The position numbers and the translations under genes were made by a program. The notes beneath the pieces were generated by a model. It saw nothing but the letters and a program-made list of their open reading frames with translations. It was not told where the DNA came from and ran no database searches. A DNA stretch of 64,000 bases from Eukaryota sp. TZLM1-RC (taxonomy: Eukaryota; Protista; Metamonada: BaSk clade), in assembly GCA_040285825.1 (NCBI GenBank), contig JAUPSS010000004.1, positions 5,175,784 through 5,239,783 of the forward strand. The letters run 5' to 3'. How positions within the stretch are numbered: the stretch's first letter is position 1; every line of letters starts with the position of its first letter. Positions 58,376 through 64,000 of this stretch are shown here, one piece after another.

Positions 58376-58494
58376 ATGTGCGGGAAGAGTTTATGTGAAA
58401 GTTGTGGTTGGAGAAGGGGGGAAATAAAATAATTTGAAATTACACAAAACCAATATCTGCAATGTATTAATTTATTGAATTTGCACACTTGATT

Positions 58495-59135
58495 AAATTA
58501 AATCATAACTAATGGGACGACTATCATTAAACCAAGATTTCCTCTACAAAATCTTGATTTGCTTGCTGTCTAGCTAAAGCTTCTCTAATTCGATTGAAAA
58601 ACCGCGGTAATCTATTAATAATGGCAAATTGAATCCGTGAACGCCATAAAAAAATATCAAATCTTTTCATTGTTTTTTCTTTAACCATTTTTTGGAAGTC
58701 ATCCAAAAAAGTTTCTGCTTCAACTGATAATCTTCCATTTATCGAAAATGGAAAAGCAATAAAAAACAGCTGTGTATTTCTATCGATATTTGCATCTTCA
58801 ATTTCTTTATCATATTTTCTATGTTTTTCTTTTGCTTTAAAATCCAGAGCAGCCACAGGATTAAGTTTCCTTCTGTGAACCAAAGTATCGTTTGCAACAT
58901 TACATGAGACAAAGTCAACAATAGCTTCAGAATTATCAATCCAATCACAGTATACATCACCTCTATCATCAGAACCAAAATTATTCAGAGAAAGTGTTTC
59001 TTTCAGCAGGGGCTCTTTGATACACGATATCCTTGCAGTTTGTGCCATATTGAAAACAGTGTCTCTAACAGCATCATGTAATGAAGAACGATAAGTTATC
59101 AATTTAGAGCAATTTAGAGCATGGCGCAAAGTGAG
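58495..59135 (-). mobile_element. CRE-like retrotransposon 3' fragment
   Basis: Highly similar to 49140-49775, including the 3'UTR gatagtcgtcccattagt. Confidence 0.9.
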
Positions 59136-59149
59136 TTGAGGTGAATCAA

Positions 59150-59555
59150 TATCTTAAATTGTCAAAGATTGTTAGTTCCCAATTGCAGTCCATATGTGAA
59201 TGAGTTATCTTGTGAACTCGATAGATGGGCACCATAAATCTGGACCGAATGTTTTCCCCAATCAATTCAAGAAATTCCAAACCGATCTCTTTTTAATTTG
59301 CAGTTTTGCTGTAAAAAGCTTCAACAAAAATTGTCAAAGATTTTTGAAAGCTTGGATTTTGATGTTAGACTTGGCTTGGCCAAGAAAAAGAATCCCGCTT
59401 TTGCAAATCTTTTACAAGATATGTGTGACAGTACTTCTTCTGCCTTAGTAACAACCTTTCCTAAAGTTGATGGAACTCTCTTAACTGATTCTGGCTGGAC
59501 TTTGAATAAGACACTTCCCTTCTTTTTTTGGCCTGATAATTTGCCTCATAATTGA
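59150..59555 (+). mobile_element. CRE-like retrotransposon internal fragment
   Basis: KIFESLDFDVRLGLAK.KNPAFAN..P...G.LL.D..W resembles 25242-25460. Confidence 0.8.
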
Positions 59556-59984
59556 ATATAAAAATATTTTCAGAAAATTACAATTACTACAATGAAAGAC
59601 CTGAGGCGATCCGGAGACCATGTAGATAAGTGTTTTTCCATGTATTGCGTACCTGTACGCGTATTGTGATGTTGCTGCTTTAACTATCATTTGATCATGA
59701 TATTATATAGTGACGGATCCAAAGTATGCTTAACGTCTATCAAGATTGCATGAATTGGTCAAAAGCCAGAAGTGCGTTTTGATAAAAATTCTCAGTAAAC
59801 ATCACTCTTATTTAGGATTTATTCCAAGAATGCAAACAAGATTACTATAAACAACAACAATGCAGAGCAATATTCTAGATAAGTGATCACTGACAAAATG
59901 AAGGTAGATTCTCACTATTTACGGGTTCATGAGCACGTACATTGTGAAACTCAGTGATACTTAAAAGTATTGAGTTAAAATAAC

Positions 59985-61995
59985 GTGGTAGAGCCTTAAA
60001 GAGTGAGAAAACAATTCTGTTCTTCCAAATAAGTTGATCAAAAGAACGTCCTGAGTCTTTTTAGAAACTGCCTAAATCATTCAAGAAAGATAGTCTTTCC
60101 CTGCCTAAAGTACCAAAAATAGAAATTCCAATTGGAACAAAAACGACGTTGTTTGTTCAAACGTACAAGTCATTATACAAATCATTATACTTCGAGTGCT
60201 TGCTTCTTTCCGCATTCTCGAGGGTTGATTCAATGTCGGAAGACGAAAACAACTTCCAAGGAGAAACAGTTGTACAATCAATAATCAATTCCTGGCCGCT
60301 ACGCCAAACACATTGAATATCACCTCTTTTTTGAATTTGAGCAAGCTGCATTTCATCAAAAACTGGTTCCAGTCGTACTGGATGATGGGCACTTTTCAAC
60401 AAATCATAAATGCAATCGCGAACGGCATTGTGAATAATCGACCTCTTCTGAGTGAACTTCCTACAAGATAAGACATGAGTATAGGAAGCAACTGCTCCAC
60501 ATTTACAACGAATATTTGTTAAACATTGAGGGGGAGGTAAGTTCAAACGTAGTCTCATAATTGTTAAAAACTGGGAATCGGAAAGCAACAGACCAAAACG
60601 GCGAGGTACTTGGGTTATTAGACAAGATGCACTGTTGATAAAAGAACCCTTATCGCAAAGAGAGGATAGAAATGTTGCAAAGGAAGAATCACCTGAATTG
60701 TTAGCCAAGCTAATTTGTTCTTCTGGTGATCAGCTTCGAACGCATTACTCAACTTCTTTTGCAGTTTAGGGTCAGTTCTCAAAAAATTACTTTAATCTTT
60801 AACTTCAACAGAGGCACGATCAACTGTAGAAGCAAACATTGAAAACCAGAGTTTATCAGAGCAGTTATCAGGGAATATTTTGACAAAGAGAGCAGCACTT
60901 GAGTTTTAGTGACTAAATCAATCCAGCTATTAGGGAATCGTACAGATAATTCAAACAAGAAATTCTTGATGCCTCCCAAGCACGCAGCATTTGTCAAGAT
61001 GGATGAACGAGTCAAACCAACGCCACCATGCGAATGTGACCTGAAACAGTGAAGTGGAATATCCTTAATGTTCTTAACACTAAGTAAGTCAACCAAAAAG
61101 TTGGTTCTTCGGGACAAAACAAATTTGATTTCAATTGTGGTCAAATTTGGTGGAATAGAGCGGATCAGGTGATTTACTTTAGAACTGAAGCATAACCTAT
61201 CCACATGGAATTTAATATGTTTTTTTCAACGGCAAAGCCTGAATTTCATCCAACTTAGCAGATGCACTTTCAATTTCCTTATGTAATAATCTACTAATGG
61301 CTGATTCATTTCCAATGAAGGTTCCCAGTAATTTAATACAATCATTTTGATAATCCAAAAAAGGAATTTGTTCATCGTTAAGCACAATTGAATGAAACGA
61401 GCGCCCAAGAACTTGACACTTGCTAGCGTTAAGTTCTAGACCAATATTCAGTGCATGTTTACCAAAATAAATAACAGCTTCGTGTAGTAAAGAAGCATTA
61501 CCAATAAGGGAGACGTCATCCATGTAAGCAACAACTTCCAAATCAGGAAACCGAGACTTCAACTTTTCAAACAAAGGATGTAGAGCAACACAAAAGAGAA
61601 AAGGACCAATGGGATCACCTTGCTTTACACCTGAGCATGAGGGAATAGAGTCAGTGTCTAATACAAGATTCGAATGTTTGGAATACAAAAACTCAAACAG
61701 AGGGGCAACTTCAGCCAGAACAGGGGACGTTTTCAAAGACTCAAGAATTGCATTGCGCTTAACTGAATTGAAGGCATTTTTAAAATCACATATTACTGCC
61801 ATGTTATCAATTGACAAATTCATGAAAAGATCAACAGCAAGAGCAGCGGAATTAGCACCGTCATACGTACCGATACCGAATCGAAAAGACCCTAAAAATT
61901 CCTTGGCACAATTGTTTATTCTAGAAAACACAAGCAAAGACAATAATCGTGAAACAACTTCACCTATGGCAGCAGGTCTAACTCCATTATTTTTC
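59985..61995 (-). mobile_element. Longest CRE-like non-LTR retrotransposon copy: RT, zinc knuckle and RLE, frameshifted
   Basis: GVRPAAIGEVVSRL, DFKNAFNSV, GVKQGDPIGP, AYMDDV, GLELNASKC, LLG, GGVGL, CKCG..HVLSC, RSIIHNAVRD, RGD, ID.T, AE.SK.SKY. Confidence 0.93.
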
Positions 61996-62032
61996 TCACT
62001 CTTATTTTATTGTTTTAAACAATATCTGTAAC

Positions 62033-63255
62033 ATGAGCGATCACTATACACTTCTGCTCTCAATGCTCGAACGAAGCTTTCTCATAGTGCTTCTTACTTT
62101 CTTAGCCTTGTTCCTTTACCTTTTACTAGAATCTTTACTTCGTCGTCACTTCGACTCCCCTCCTTTATCAATTCCACGTATCAAATCCACCCGTACTATC
62201 ATCCTCCGTTGTTTCCGCACAGCCTTCCTCTCATCCCTACTGCTGTCTGTTCCACTCATCTTTGGATCTATTCGTAGATCATTCACCGATGCTTCGTCTT
62301 TTAACATGAAACAATCCCTCTACCACGCTCTTTTCTCTCTCTTCTCCATCAAAGCTATTTTAGTCATCAACAAATACGTTGCCGGGAATTGCCTCCATGA
62401 AATCCTTTGGCCACGCTCTGTACTTGGTTGGATTTCTCTGTCAGGTGATGATTCACCACGTCCAATAAGAAGGAAAGGACATTGTTTTTCTATAAAGTTT
62501 ATTACAGGTATATCTTATTTATCATTTCGCTAACCATAGTATTTCTCATTACTATAGGTACCCACGCATTAACACCACTTTTATTTGCTATTGTAAACTG
62601 TTATTACGATTTTACATGCTCAGCTTATTCTAGTGGTGGTTTCCTGCACTCTACTGCTTTCTTCTTTGTTCAGCAGTTGTGGTTGCTGGTAAATGCTATT
62701 TTCGAAGAAACAGCTTGGAGAGGTGTGGTATTGGCAATATTTGAAAAGGAAAAAAAGGGATCATTTATGGGTCATTCTACGTTTTCAATGTATTTTACTT
62801 CTGGGTTACTATACGCTCTATGTCACTCTCTCAATTCAAATTTTGATGACGTGGGTGTATACGTCATCATGACAGTCAATCTAACTGTCGAGGGGGTAGT
62901 TTGGATGTATTTATTGAGGTCTAGTGACGATTTGGTCTTGAATTGGATTTTACATCATGTTGATGATCTGCTCTCTATATGGTTTGGAACCGCTTCTTTG
63001 GCATCTTATCAGTTGTCAGAAGGTCAAATATGCACGTGGGCAATCAAATCCACGTGTCAGAGGGTTATAAATGGTGGCGATTTTGGAACTGGGGGTTCAT
63101 TATTATATTTTGGACAAAATTTCTGGACTTTTTTGGTTATCTTAGTTTTGCGTAATTCTTATTTTAAATACAAACCAAAAGGTTTCTTGAAAGACTTACA
63201 AGGTTCTATTAATTTTAATTCACCAGGAAGTCCTTTTCTTGTTGATCAAAAATGA
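62033..63255 (+). CDS. CPBP (type II CAAX protease/Abi) family membrane protein; intron 62508-62539
   Basis: FEETAWRG (EExxxR), YALCH and ILHHVDD. A 32-nt GTATAT...GCTAAC..TAG intron joins the two ORFs in frame (FIT-V-FLIT). Confidence 0.85.
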
Positions 63256-64000
63256 TTTTTGTGTTGCGTTTTTTAAAATTTTATTCAAATTCTGTACATT
63301 TTTGCTTAAATAAACTGTATTTTTCGCTTTTTCCAACACCTTTTTATATAATTTGAAGAATTTTTTGACACATTCTCCCACAAATTTCCAAATACATTGT
63401 AACTAAAAATCAAAAACAATTCAATACAATTCTCTTAATTAAAAGCGCTTCTGTAACATCAAAAAATATTACTAAAGCACAGTTGCGTAAAGGAACCTCT
63501 TGTTCCAGGACTTGATTACTGAAGCATAGACTTGTTCAGTTGAGCAATACAAATAGTTCAAATGGCCAGCACGCAACATTTGGAAGATTTTTAAGTGATG
63601 AAAAGATCAATGAAAATGTGTATGTTTAAAAAATGATTCTGATTGAGCCCGTCCAACGATTTTTATAAAGTGTCTTTCTGACAATGTTGTGTGACTTAGG
63701 TTTGTGGAATGTTTGTCCTACAAAATTTATAGTTTTTAGAAATTTTTGTCATAATTGCGTATTTTTGTTGAACATGAGCCACAAAATTATCACAATGAAA
63801 AAAATAAGGAATTCCTATTCACAGTTTGATCAATTTTGGCTCAGTCAATCCTAGTTGCTCTTCTTTAAACAACATTATCTAAACTCGGAATCAACCAGTG
63901 TTTAATATTCATTGAGATAAAAAACAAATTATTAATTCATAAATCAGAATATTAAAAATCTCTAATAAATATAATTTACAGAAACCATAAAACAAAATAC

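Noticed and set aside
1-64000. Alternative genetic code (stop reassignment) to explain in-frame stops in elements
   Set aside because: Host genes are uninterrupted and end in TAA, TAG or TGA; stops in elements co-occur with frameshifts, which indicates decay.
1-64000. rRNA, tRNA or CRISPR loci
   Set aside because: None recognised by eye; tRNAscan-SE and Infernal were not run.

Overview
AT-rich, gene-dense eukaryotic DNA, probably from a flagellated protist. It uses the standard code, most genes are intronless, and the three inferred introns are only 29-32 nt. Host genes include a URB1/Npa1-like gene running off the left edge, a HlyIII/PAQR protein, an EST1/SMG7-like protein, a hybrid histidine kinase, a four-domain EEEE Ca2+ channel, CFAP100, a bacterial-type MAPEG protein, a UBA/UIM-USP deubiquitinase, VPS24/CHMP3 and a CPBP protease. 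Most intergenic gaps hold decayed mobile elements: about 15 fragments of CRE-like RT/RLE non-LTR retrotransposons, a ~90-bp TG..CA mini-element, and at least 7 remnants of Fanzor (eukaryotic TnpB-like RNA-guided nuclease) genes that the ORF track shows only as fragments. Two loci stand out. (1) At 40.4-43.8 kb a decayed reading frame reconstructs as Cys-rich repeats - 2A-like peptide (DFEANPGP) - NLS - complete PolB-type DEDDy 3'-5' exonuclease - Fanzor, an architecture I do not recognise. (2) At 2.3-13.2 kb a ~12-copy 888-bp tandem array appears to be the amplified 5' end of the Fanzor pseudogene that continues from the last copy to 14.9 kb. All family calls come from manual motif recognition, no searches were run, and boundaries of decayed elements are approximate.
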